Sequence record: NC_070999.1
Reading direction: 5' to 3' (one strand)
Length of the DNA stretch: 64,000 nucleotides
The translations under genes and the position numbers were made by a program. The notes under the pieces are model-generated. The model had not been told where the DNA came from and searched no databases. It saw only the letters and a program-made list of their open reading frames with translations. The number at the start of each line of letters is the position of its first letter. Position 1 is the stretch's first letter. Positions 9,739 to 18,291 of the stretch are shown piece after piece.

Positions 9739-9771
9739 AACCCTACTTACTCCTAAGGAGTAAGTAGGGTT
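9739..9771 (+). terminator. intrinsic terminator hairpin
   Basis: AACCCTACTTACTCC-taa-GGAGTAAGTAGGGTT, 15-bp stem. Confidence 0.8.
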
Positions 9772-9793
9772 ATTTTATATTCTTTATTTTACT

Positions 9794-9805
9794 GATTTTA
9801 TGACC
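9794..9805 (+). promoter_or_regulatory. candidate late promoter (TATG)
   Basis: GATTTTATGACC between terminator and tailspike 2. Confidence 0.4.
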
Positions 9806-9832
9806 TTAGAAATTAAATCAAGGAATAAGTAT

Positions 9833-12115
9833 ATGAGTCATAACACTGGTAATGATTTAGAATCTTCAGATATCTTAGATTTTGAAGATAACTGTGAAAA
9901 CTTAGATGTTTTAATGAACACTGATCAAGACCACTGGACAGATCGTCTTGGTAACAAACGTCCTACAATTGATTACGCTTTGCGTATGGCTGGATTCACT
10001 CCTGCTGGTTTTGATTTCACTACAGGCGGTGTTTTAAAGAATGGTGATAGAAACAAGTGTGTATTTAACCAAGCTGATCAAACTTGGTATAGTTGGTCAG
10101 GAGATCTTCCTTATAATGTAATTGCTGGAAGTGTTCCTGGAGAAGGTTGGAAAGTTGTCAATAGGCATTCCTTAATCATAGCAAGAGAGGCACTTCGTAG
10201 AACTTATCAAGAAGTTGGATTAAATCTGGTTGAAGGTTCTTTTGAACAAGGTGGCACCCTTGTAAATAGTAATGATGTGTTACTCCACGAAACTAGTAGT
10301 AAGGTATATGCTGGTGAGGTAGGATCATATCCAGCTGGAACAGAACCTGTTGGGGCTACTTGGATAGATATGTCAGCTGTGTCTGTGCGGGATCAGTTAT
10401 CTGTCAATAACGGCGCCTCGATGATTGGCACCTCGGTAGGCCGGACTATTGAAAACAGACTATCAGACACCATTAAAGTTATTGACTATAAAACCCTTGG
10501 TAGGACATACCCAGAGGCTATTGCGACCTGTATAGCCTACGCAAAGGAGCTACAAGCCTCTGGGAAGTCGGTAAAAATATCCTTCGAAAATTGCGATGCT
10601 TTTATAACAACGACAGTGGGGTTTGTTCTCGACTTCCCCGTTATCTGGGACCAGTGTAAAACTAGGATTACTGGCGATGGTTCTATACCCACCCTTTTAA
10701 AATGTACAGCTGCTGACATTTGGTTGTGTAACTTTAGCCTTCGCGGGGTGGGTGACGGCGACAACACTAGACTACTGTGGATGAGTGGCGCGCCTAGTTT
10801 CCGCATTCAGAACGGTGACGTCAGTAATGGTAAGGAGGGCTGGTGGTGTGATGGTGGATCTTACGGTGGATTCATTGATGTCTTCACGGTCAACAACAAT
10901 GTGTCACGCGGGATATACTGTGATGTTGTGACCAGCGCAGAACATTCGTGGCGTGACGTGTACGTTGGGTTGTCGAAGTCATACCTAACCGACTCTACAG
11001 TTGGCATTGAAATGTACTCAAGCAGTGTGATCGATTCTGGCGGGTATCACTGGTACAACGTGTTAGTCGTAAATAACACGGCTGCTGGCGCGAAAGCTGG
11101 TAAAGGTGTTTATCTGAATGGGTCAAATTTCCAAGGCATTACTCCGATTCATTGGGTTGGTGGGGGCGCTGATGGTTTTATCAAAGCTAACGGTAAGACT
11201 GGCGTGAACATCAGAAACTGGGCGCAGGTTAAGTGCGTTAACGTCTGGACATCTAACTGCGAAATCAACAGCGCAGATAGCCCTCAGTGGATTGGTGGTA
11301 ATTGTTCAACTGGTTTTACCCTCAAGGGTACTATTAAAGACCCAGCATTCATCGCCCCACGTTGCGGCGAGGCGGTAGATGGAGCTTATCTGCTAGACCC
11401 AGCGCTCACGATAACTGGATTTATCAGAGAGTATAATACAATCACCTCTCTAATAACCAATAACCTTACTAAATGGATTTTTTATACGAGAAACTCGCTT
11501 GTAAAAACCACATCAACAGAAAGCTCTTTTACAGCCGAAAGGTACAGTGATCAGACTGGGTTAACCAAGTTTTACCGTCGCATAAATTCTGTCGGTGAAA
11601 ACACTTTCCTTAAAAGCGATTTCACCGACCACACAGTAATGCGACAAAATGGCCAGTTGTATGTCCCAGGTGGGTATGCGCCGTTCACCGGTGTTCACCA
11701 GATGCGTTCTAGTGAGTACATTGATAATGGGAAAGTTGTCATATTTGTGAATTCAGAACAAATTGTTGATCGTCTAACCGTATACAACTCTGAATTAGAA
11801 GTCGATGAGGATGTCGCTGTAGTGACAGAGGGTGAGGTAAAGCTGTGTAACGAGGATGACTCTCTGTTGTTTGCTGGGATTGTAGTTGAGTCACAGCTAA
11901 TCGGTGACTACTATCTCGTCACTGTTGCAGCATCTGGTGATAACTCAATGCCACAACTCGATTGCGTGGCTGTTGATGGTGATTTCTCAATTGGCGACCT
12001 ATTATCAACGTCAGCAACAGGTCTGCTTAAGCGGTATGAAGGTAATGATTTGCGGATCCCTTGCTTGCGTGTGAAAGGAGTTAGAAACGGAAAGGCCTAT
12101 GGGTACTTCCTTTGA
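9833..12115 (+). CDS. tailspike 2: anchor modules, beta-helix domain and C-terminal chaperone-like domain
   Basis: Likely start ATG 9833 (AAGGA RBS). Shares REALRRTY.EVGLNLVEGSFE.GGTL with tailspike 1 and the NTGNDL...WTDR.G..PTID.AL..AGF.PAGFDF.TGG.L module with ORF 12820. Beta-helix-like middle; YAPFTGVH...GD..IGDLL.TS C-terminus. Confidence 0.8.
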   Translation: MSHNTGNDLESSDILDFEDNCENLDVLMNTDQDHWTDRLGNKRPTIDYALRMAGFTPAGFDFTTGGVLKNGDRNKCVFNQADQTWYSWSGDLPYNVIAGSVPGEGWKVVNRHSLIIAREALRRTYQEVGLNLVEGSFEQGGTLVNSNDVLLHETSSKVYAGEVGSYPAGTEPVGATWIDMSAVSVRDQLSVNNGASMIGTSVGRTIENRLSDTIKVIDYKTLGRTYPEAIATCIAYAKELQASGKSVKISFENCDAFITTTVGFVLDFPVIWDQCKTRITGDGSIPTLLKCTAADIWLCNFSLRGVGDGDNTRLLWMSGAPSFRIQNGDVSNGKEGWWCDGGSYGGFIDVFTVNNNVSRGIYCDVVTSAEHSWRDVYVGLSKSYLTDSTVGIEMYSSSVIDSGGYHWYNVLVVNNTAAGAKAGKGVYLNGSNFQGITPIHWVGGGADGFIKANGKTGVNIRNWAQVKCVNVWTSNCEINSADSPQWIGGNCSTGFTLKGTIKDPAFIAPRCGEAVDGAYLLDPALTITGFIREYNTITSLITNNLTKWIFYTRNSLVKTTSTESSFTAERYSDQTGLTKFYRRINSVGENTFLKSDFTDHTVMRQNGQLYVPGGYAPFTGVHQMRSSEYIDNGKVVIFVNSEQIVDRLTVYNSELEVDEDVAVVTEGEVKLCNEDDSLLFAGIVVESQLIGDYYLVTVAASGDNSMPQLDCVAVDGDFSIGDLLSTSATGLLKRYEGNDLRIPCLRVKGVRNGKAYGYFL

Positions 12116-12215
12116 CAACAAACCTTTAAAAAGGTACCATGCTGAAACAAGTGATGGTATTTGGAGAAAATATTTAAAATTTGGTAAAGTTCAGACAGCT
12201 GCACTGGGGTGGTAA
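12099..12215 (+). CDS. possible 38-aa ORF or gene remnant overlapping the tailspike 2 end
   Basis: MGTSFDNKPLKRYHAETSDGIWRKYLKFGKVQTAALGW, preceded by GGAAAGG; not in ORF track. Confidence 0.3.
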   Translation: MGTSFDNKPLKRYHAETSDGIWRKYLKFGKVQTAALGW

Positions 12216-12318
12216 TTCTTATCGGTAGTGGGGGTAACTGTTACAGTTAAAAATAACCTCTGTATCACTACACCCTCCCCCACACTGTTGTTACTGTTAA
12301 TTTTTAAGGAGTTGAGAA

Positions 12319-12720
12319 ATGACTTTACAAGATTTCCTTTCTCACTATCAATACAAACCTGATCCTGTTAAGAAAGATATTTGGATTATTCCTAACAAAG
12401 TTAACAATCAATATCTTGATGATTGTGATGGATTCTGTTTAGGAGTGTTATTCTACGTTCTTGCTAATAGTTCACTTCTTACGTTCTGGTATTTGTTACT
12501 GTTTACAGATACTAGAATTTATTATGTGATTACTAGTAAAAACATTGGTCATGTAGTATTGAAACACAAAGGTCTTTATATTGACACTTATTCAAAAGCT
12601 TGGGTGAGTAAAGAACAGATGTCGTCTTATGGACATAAGTTCCATTGGTCTAAAATGTTCTTTTTCTGGCAAGTTGCTTTGAAGATGTTAATTGGTAAGA
12701 TCTTAGTTAAAATGAAATAG
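12319..12720 (+). CDS. transglutaminase-like cysteine protease-fold protein (BTLCP-like)
   Basis: DDCDGFC ... GHVVLKH.GLYID resembles the GDCEDY...HAVL...LDN Cys-His-Asp triad pattern; AAGGAG RBS. Confidence 0.5.
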   Translation: MTLQDFLSHYQYKPDPVKKDIWIIPNKVNNQYLDDCDGFCLGVLFYVLANSSLLTFWYLLLFTDTRIYYVITSKNIGHVVLKHKGLYIDTYSKAWVSKEQMSSYGHKFHWSKMFFFWQVALKMLIGKILVKMK

Positions 12721-12729
12721 TAATAAATA

Positions 12730-12763
12730 CTCTCTACTTCTCCAATTAAGGAGAAGTAGAGAG
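12730..12763 (+). terminator. intrinsic terminator hairpin
   Basis: CTCTCTACTTCTCC-aattaa-GGAGAAGTAGAGAG, 14-bp stem. Confidence 0.8.
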
Positions 12764-12774
12764 ATTCTTTAATT

Positions 12775-12786
12775 GATTTTATGTAC
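12775..12786 (+). promoter_or_regulatory. candidate late promoter (TATG)
   Basis: GATTTTATGTAC between terminator and ORF 12820. Confidence 0.4.
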
Positions 12787-12819
12787 TTTAGTTTAACAGT
12801 AAAGAGAAGGTAAAGATTT

Positions 12820-13935
12820 ATGAGCTTTAATACAGGTAACGATTTACCGAGCTTAGACGAGCGTGATCTCTACGATAACGCTACTAATCTTGACAAAGCA
12901 ATGAATAGCACTGATCCAACCTGGACAGATAGATTTGGAGTTGAGAAACCTACAATTGACGCAGCTTTGAAATCTGCAGGATTTATGCCAGCTGGTTTTG
13001 ACTTTGTAACTGGCGGCACTCTTCAACCTGGAGATCGTAATAAAGCTGTTTATAACCCAGCACCTAATGGTGATAATAACTGGTATCGTTGGAATGGGTC
13101 GTTTCCAAAGGAAATTGCTGCTAATAGTCAACCTAATCCTAAAGATGAAAATAATTGGGTTCCTGTTATATTTAAATCTAGGTTCGGCAGAGAAAGCGAT
13201 ATTTTACAGTATATGATCGGACCTAATAAGGTTTCAATCACAGCTCATCGTGGATACTGGAGATTTTCTACTGAAAACTCTATTAAATCTATAACTAAAG
13301 CAGGTATGCTTGGTTTTGACATGGTGGAGTTAGATGTAGAGTTTACCTCTGATATGGTCCCTGTTTTGTTACATGACGTGACTTTAGATAGAACCACATC
13401 TGGTACTGGTAGCGTTAGAACAAAGACCTTTTCGGAACTTTCCGGTTTATACTTAACCAACGACCCGGATGGTGATCGTGAACCAATCCCTACATTCAGG
13501 GATGCTGTGATCGCATGTAAGAAGTTTGGTCTTTCGATTAACATAGATTGGAAATTTTCTGGGACGTGGTACGATGACGATAAGTATTTGCGTATCGTTT
13601 ATGATATTTTAATTAAGGAAGGTTATAGTCATAAATCATTTTTCATGATTAATGACCACAAAAACCGGCTCCAAATGAAAAATATAGATCCAACGATGTC
13701 TATGGGATTTTTAACTACTAATCCTTCCGATATTAATATTATAAACACCTTTTATCCTGGATGTTTAGTTGGAATGAGAGTAGGAACCTCGCAAACCATC
13801 ATAGATCAGTTTTTAGCTAATAAAACACCAGTCTACATCTATGGGTGTGAAACACATCAGCAGATTGAACAGGCGTTAAAATCTGGCGCTAGTTTTATTG
13901 AAACTAACGACTTTATACCTTCTGGAGTGATCTAA
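12820..13935 (+). CDS. tail-appendage anchor fused to glycerophosphodiester phosphodiesterase (GDPD) domain
   Basis: N-terminal ~115 aa are homologous to the tailspike 2 anchor. The C-terminal part has the GDPD motifs ITAHRG, ENS, VELDV, LLHDVTLDRTT and a terminal IETND. Confidence 0.85.
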   Translation: MSFNTGNDLPSLDERDLYDNATNLDKAMNSTDPTWTDRFGVEKPTIDAALKSAGFMPAGFDFVTGGTLQPGDRNKAVYNPAPNGDNNWYRWNGSFPKEIAANSQPNPKDENNWVPVIFKSRFGRESDILQYMIGPNKVSITAHRGYWRFSTENSIKSITKAGMLGFDMVELDVEFTSDMVPVLLHDVTLDRTTSGTGSVRTKTFSELSGLYLTNDPDGDREPIPTFRDAVIACKKFGLSINIDWKFSGTWYDDDKYLRIVYDILIKEGYSHKSFFMINDHKNRLQMKNIDPTMSMGFLTTNPSDINIINTFYPGCLVGMRVGTSQTIIDQFLANKTPVYIYGCETHQQIEQALKSGASFIETNDFIPSGVI

Positions 13936-14858
13936 TGTATATCAGTAATAGTTTGCTTTTAACACCTCTCTCTTGTGGAGGCGGTGGTGGTCAGGGTAAG
14001 TTATTCACAACTATACCTAGTGAGTTGGCAGAAAGAAAGGTACTTATTAACTCACCTGAAAAAAGTTGGTTTAAAATGGGTGCGTTAGATCCGTATCTGG
14101 AGCATCATTTTCCTAATGTTGGACCTGGAATGATTGTTAATATTAAGTTGACAATACAAACTCCAGGTAAGACCTTTAAAATCACTGGTCTAGGACAGGA
14201 TTTAAGCTTCAACGTCGTTCCAAACGTAACCACGCCTTTTGATATTAACATTCCTATTTTTACCAATCCTACACAGAAATATATCAATATTAGAGGAATG
14301 GAAATTAACACTGTTTTATCAGATGTTAGAATTTCAATAACTGGTAACGAAGTCTTTCAAGACTTTGTAGTGATGAGAACACCCGCGACACTGCTTGAAA
14401 ATATACATTATTCCCCATCCGTTAATAACATCATACCCACTAAGATGAATCTGTCAAAAGACTTGCTTACATCTGGTGTTATTGTAAAAACAGATCAGGG
14501 AATAAATTGGAATTCAGGTCCGGAAAATAAGCAAAAAACATTTGGACCAGTTAGGATCGTCCCAGTTGAAATGCAGGGTGGGGTCTTAATGGCGCGTTTT
14601 AAATACAGTTCCAATTTACCCTTTATGTTAAGACTATGGAGTCTTACAGGTGTAACAACAGATCTGTTTTTTCCAGCCGGGGAAAATCAAGACATTTTTA
14701 GAGATACTTACGTAAAGACTAAAAATGACGTTATTATAGCAACAATGTCCAATTTTGATTACGCTGGGACTTGGAACTGTTCCGTCCAAGCTGCTGATTT
14801 TTCTTTCACTTCTATCAATAGTGACGTGAAGTTGATAAGAGAATTTAAAGGTTGGTAA
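13935..14858 (+). CDS. hypothetical beta-rich protein, translationally coupled to the GDPD fusion
   Basis: TAATG stop/start overlap; N-terminal LLLTPLSCGGGGG; shares the terminator at 14857. Confidence 0.7.
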   Translation: MYISNSLLLTPLSCGGGGGQGKLFTTIPSELAERKVLINSPEKSWFKMGALDPYLEHHFPNVGPGMIVNIKLTIQTPGKTFKITGLGQDLSFNVVPNVTTPFDINIPIFTNPTQKYINIRGMEINTVLSDVRISITGNEVFQDFVVMRTPATLLENIHYSPSVNNIIPTKMNLSKDLLTSGVIVKTDQGINWNSGPENKQKTFGPVRIVPVEMQGGVLMARFKYSSNLPFMLRLWSLTGVTTDLFFPAGENQDIFRDTYVKTKNDVIIATMSNFDYAGTWNCSVQAADFSFTSINSDVKLIREFKGW

Positions 14859-14888
14859 AGTATCCCGGACTTCGGTCCGGGATACTTT
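14857..14888. terminator. bidirectional terminator
   Basis: AAAGTATCCCGGAC-ttcg-GTCCGGGATACTTT between convergent genes. Confidence 0.85.
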
Positions 14889-17800
14889 TATCTTTTCATT
14901 TCAACATTAACTATTACATCCCAACTTCTTTCATTATCAGTTAGAATGACTCTCAATTGTGTTTCTCCTATTTTACCTGTGCTAGAAACATTAATTCTAT
15001 ATCTTCCGTCTTCTACTAATTTAAGTCCTTTACCAACTGTGTGGATATAAGTGGGATCAAAACTAATATTTGCAATTACATCGGTATTCAGTGGAACATT
15101 TGGATTATTGTATTTATCTAGTTTAACAGTAAAGTCGATATCTGAATTGACGTTAAGAACAGCTATTCCATCTGTAACATCTGTAACTTTAGGTATGGTT
15201 GGGTTAACTTCAATCTCGTTCTTGTCAGAACGCACGACAGTTCCACCTAAGTTCACACTAATAATAAACCCAGCTTTACCACCTAAGTGACTTAACATCA
15301 AATGGGATTGATAAATACCATTCACTGGATCAATAAGGTCAATAAAACTATCTGTCCCAATAATGGTCGGTAAATTATTATCTCCATTCTCATAACCCAC
15401 ACCGGCTGTTCTAGCATTGTAGATATAAGACCCAGTTTGATCTTTGAGTTTATACAAAATAGCTTGTTTGGTACTAGCAGCAAAGTTCTTAGTTAGTAAT
15501 TCAACAGTTATCCCTGTAATAACCTTTCTTGTTACCTGTACTAATCCTCCTACTTCCTTCCTATATAAACTAACACCATCTAATAATCTAACTTCCAAAT
15601 CTATTTCAGAAATATCAACTTCTCCCATAGGAACAGACTTAGTAGTTTCCAAAACTATTCCATCTGGTTCAATTGATTTAACTAAAACTTCTGAGGAACT
15701 TAATTTTACATTTACAGTTATTCTAGGATCTGTTAACAAAACAGTATTTCCATTATAACTAACTGAAACATTAAGCTTTTTACTTAAGTACGATTCAATA
15801 CTCACCATTCCGTCCATATTAACTTTCAATGGATAAGAAGGTTGAATATCACTGTTTACTAGCAACTCACCGATATCATCAGGATTAGCACTATCATTAA
15901 ACTTCAATACCGAAGTTACTGGGCCCTGTTCCACTAAACTATAACCAATAGTAATAAACTGTTCAGTTACTTTCCTCAGTGGATTAAAATTGATATTAGG
16001 GTACAAAGTTGACAACTCAGGTTTATATTGAACTCTAGTGTTTATCCGTTCACGTTTATTATAAACACAAACATCAAATTCCCCAGTTTCCAATTCCCTT
16101 CCTTCCAAGTCTTTAGATTTAGGTAACAAAACCAAATCAGGTCCAGTGTAGCCTAAAATCTCAAACTCCTGTTCCCAAGAGAAGTCCTTCTCAATCCCAT
16201 CTACCAAAACTTTAAATTTGAAATTAACTTTCTTATTAACAGTTGTACTTTCCCCATCAACAACTATCCAACTATTCTGAATAGTCCAAGGATCAAAGTT
16301 CATTATTACTGGGGAAGTTTCACTGTTCTCAATATTCACATCTCTAACTTTATCACTTGACTCATTACCATTAATATAAACTTGAAATGGTAAAGGTCCT
16401 TTCTGATAACGTTCAACAGTTTTATTAAAACTATTTCTAGGTCTAAGATCTACAGTAGAAACTTTAATAACTTCTACATTTAACTTGTCAGTTCTAGAGT
16501 AAAGTTCTCCATTACTAGCGGGATACTTTAATCCAAAGTTAATTGTATCAGTAATGATCGTTCCAGGTGAATTAGAATCCTGAACAATTTCATATCCAAA
16601 ACTCTCTGTATCGATGTCTGTGACATTTATCAGTTGTCTTTGACCTACCAGGCCAGTATTAACACCACACTGATTTAAAGTGATTGGGGAACCCTTTAAC
16701 TTAACCTGATAAGTTATACTTCCAATATCACCTTTCTCACCTTTAATTAGCACTGGTTCTAAGTTAACTAACTCTAACTGATCCTGTTCACCTAAAGGCT
16801 TAACTACTTCTAACTCTACAAACAAGTTGCCTTTATTTCCCAGGTAACTAAATTCTCCAATAATAAGATCATTGAAACTAGAATTGTAATCAGGAAGAAT
16901 AGTAGTTGGTACACCTGTATAAAGTAACCCATCTTTCCAAGTTTTATCTAAAGTGTATTTGTCATTAGTGAGCTTACAAGTTAACCAGTTAGGATATATA
17001 TCAGGAATAACATTTTCACCATTCACTTGACACTTAACAACTATCCCCAGTTTATACAAAGTAGAAGTTCTAATACTTTCAGTTTGCGCTAAAACTTTAA
17101 GTTCAGATGTTTCATCTTTATTAATCGTAAAACTTAACGTAACGACTTTAGAGAAGATGTAATCATCGTGGACTACATTGATATCAATTTCTACTTCATC
17201 GTTCAATACGGAGTTTACAGAGCCCTTTACAAAGGTAAAAATACTCTCAAGTTTATTAGGAGATTGTCTCCCAGAAATATAACCATTTTTACTTCTGTAA
17301 GTTAATTCTGTTTTAGCCGTTACATCTATATCATCGACTGTAAACAAGTTGGTGAAACGTAATTCATCACCCCGTTTACCAGTTAACGTACTAGGGAAAT
17401 TATCAGTAACTGTATTCTTATCTAACTGATCTTGAACTAACTCTTCAACAAACAAGTAAACTGGTTCTACGCCTACTGAGTCATCAGTGATTAGTACACC
17501 ACCGGATGTTAATTTACTTTTACTAATATAAGTTTCATCTTCCCGATAGAACTCCGATTGTTCAAAGAACACATCACCCATTAATTCATTGAAGTTAGCT
17601 AAACCAAAAGCTTCCTCGTGTTTAACACAATAACCTAGAGCATTTCTCCAGACTAAGTTAAGTAGTTTACCTTGCACTTCTTTCCTATTAAACTTATTCT
17701 TGAAATCAGTTAAGGTATTACAAACAACAACTTCCAGATTAAAGTCTTTAGCAATAGTTAACACACTAACAGTAGAAACTGGTATATCTACCCTAGCAAA

Positions 17801-18037
17801 TGACTTATCACGTTTCACCAAGCAGATCTTTTTAGAACCATCATCGTCAGTATAAACTGACTCTATCATAAAGTCTTCAGGTTTCAAATCAGAGTAACGA
17901 GTATCTGCTAAATGACGCTCTACTAAGTTACCTTGTTCGTTTACAATTTCGTGTCTTTGTTTAAAGAACTGTTTCACAATGGAGAATAAAGGATCGTTTA
18001 TCTTCTTTGTGAATACCTTATGTTCATTAGCTACCAT
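14888..18037 (-). CDS. large virion-associated-type protein with DP..RY N-module and repeated beta-rich (Ig-like) domains
   Basis: Likely start ATG 18037 (AAGGA RBS; ORF track uses 18070). Val/Thr-rich beta-sandwich-like repeats; N-module shared with ORFs 27309 and 36501. Confidence 0.7.
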   Translation of the reverse strand: MVANEHKVFTKKINDPLFSIVKQFFKQRHEIVNEQGNLVERHLADTRYSDLKPEDFMIESVYTDDDGSKKICLVKRDKSFARVDIPVSTVSVLTIAKDFNLEVVVCNTLTDFKNKFNRKEVQGKLLNLVWRNALGYCVKHEEAFGLANFNELMGDVFFEQSEFYREDETYISKSKLTSGGVLITDDSVGVEPVYLFVEELVQDQLDKNTVTDNFPSTLTGKRGDELRFTNLFTVDDIDVTAKTELTYRSKNGYISGRQSPNKLESIFTFVKGSVNSVLNDEVEIDINVVHDDYIFSKVVTLSFTINKDETSELKVLAQTESIRTSTLYKLGIVVKCQVNGENVIPDIYPNWLTCKLTNDKYTLDKTWKDGLLYTGVPTTILPDYNSSFNDLIIGEFSYLGNKGNLFVELEVVKPLGEQDQLELVNLEPVLIKGEKGDIGSITYQVKLKGSPITLNQCGVNTGLVGQRQLINVTDIDTESFGYEIVQDSNSPGTIITDTINFGLKYPASNGELYSRTDKLNVEVIKVSTVDLRPRNSFNKTVERYQKGPLPFQVYINGNESSDKVRDVNIENSETSPVIMNFDPWTIQNSWIVVDGESTTVNKKVNFKFKVLVDGIEKDFSWEQEFEILGYTGPDLVLLPKSKDLEGRELETGEFDVCVYNKRERINTRVQYKPELSTLYPNINFNPLRKVTEQFITIGYSLVEQGPVTSVLKFNDSANPDDIGELLVNSDIQPSYPLKVNMDGMVSIESYLSKKLNVSVSYNGNTVLLTDPRITVNVKLSSSEVLVKSIEPDGIVLETTKSVPMGEVDISEIDLEVRLLDGVSLYRKEVGGLVQVTRKVITGITVELLTKNFAASTKQAILYKLKDQTGSYIYNARTAGVGYENGDNNLPTIIGTDSFIDLIDPVNGIYQSHLMLSHLGGKAGFIISVNLGGTVVRSDKNEIEVNPTIPKVTDVTDGIAVLNVNSDIDFTVKLDKYNNPNVPLNTDVIANISFDPTYIHTVGKGLKLVEDGRYRINVSSTGKIGETQLRVILTDNERSWDVIVNVEMKR

Positions 18038-18103
18038 AACGTAGTTTCCTTTGGTTTTAAGGATAGTCAAAACATCTTTATTTTATTTTTCAATTTACTC
18101 TAC

Positions 18104-18210
18104 TATATTATAACTGACTAGGAAATCCCGGTTAGCCCGGTAGGGCAATTTGTTTGTTATATAGCGGAATGAACGTAGTGAATGACGTCCTTCTTTATTT
18201 AATCTTTAAT
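18104..18210 (+). repeat. dispersed structured intergenic element, copy A
   Basis: Collinear similarity to 54461-54552: TATATTATA ... GCCCGG(G)TAGGGC ... GGAA..CGTAGTGA.. TCCTT..TATT..TCTTTAAT. Confidence 0.65.
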
Positions 18211-18226
18211 GTTTATTTTTCTACTT

Positions 18227-18258
18227 CCAAATATTTTCAAACATATATTATTAAGATG
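18227..18258 (+). promoter_or_regulatory. phage early promoter motif (copy 3)
   Basis: CCAAATATTTTCAAACATATATTATTAAGATG. Confidence 0.65.
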
Positions 18259-18291
18259 AAAGAGTAACAATGTTCATTAATCTAGGAAACA

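Noticed and set aside
12217-12300. G-tract/C-tract spacer before ORF 12319 as a riboswitch or structured RNA
   Set aside because: Some pairing is possible (GTGGGGG with CCCCCAC, and TAACTG-tta-CAGTTA), but there is no second copy or recognisable family motif. It is noted only as part of the acquired block.
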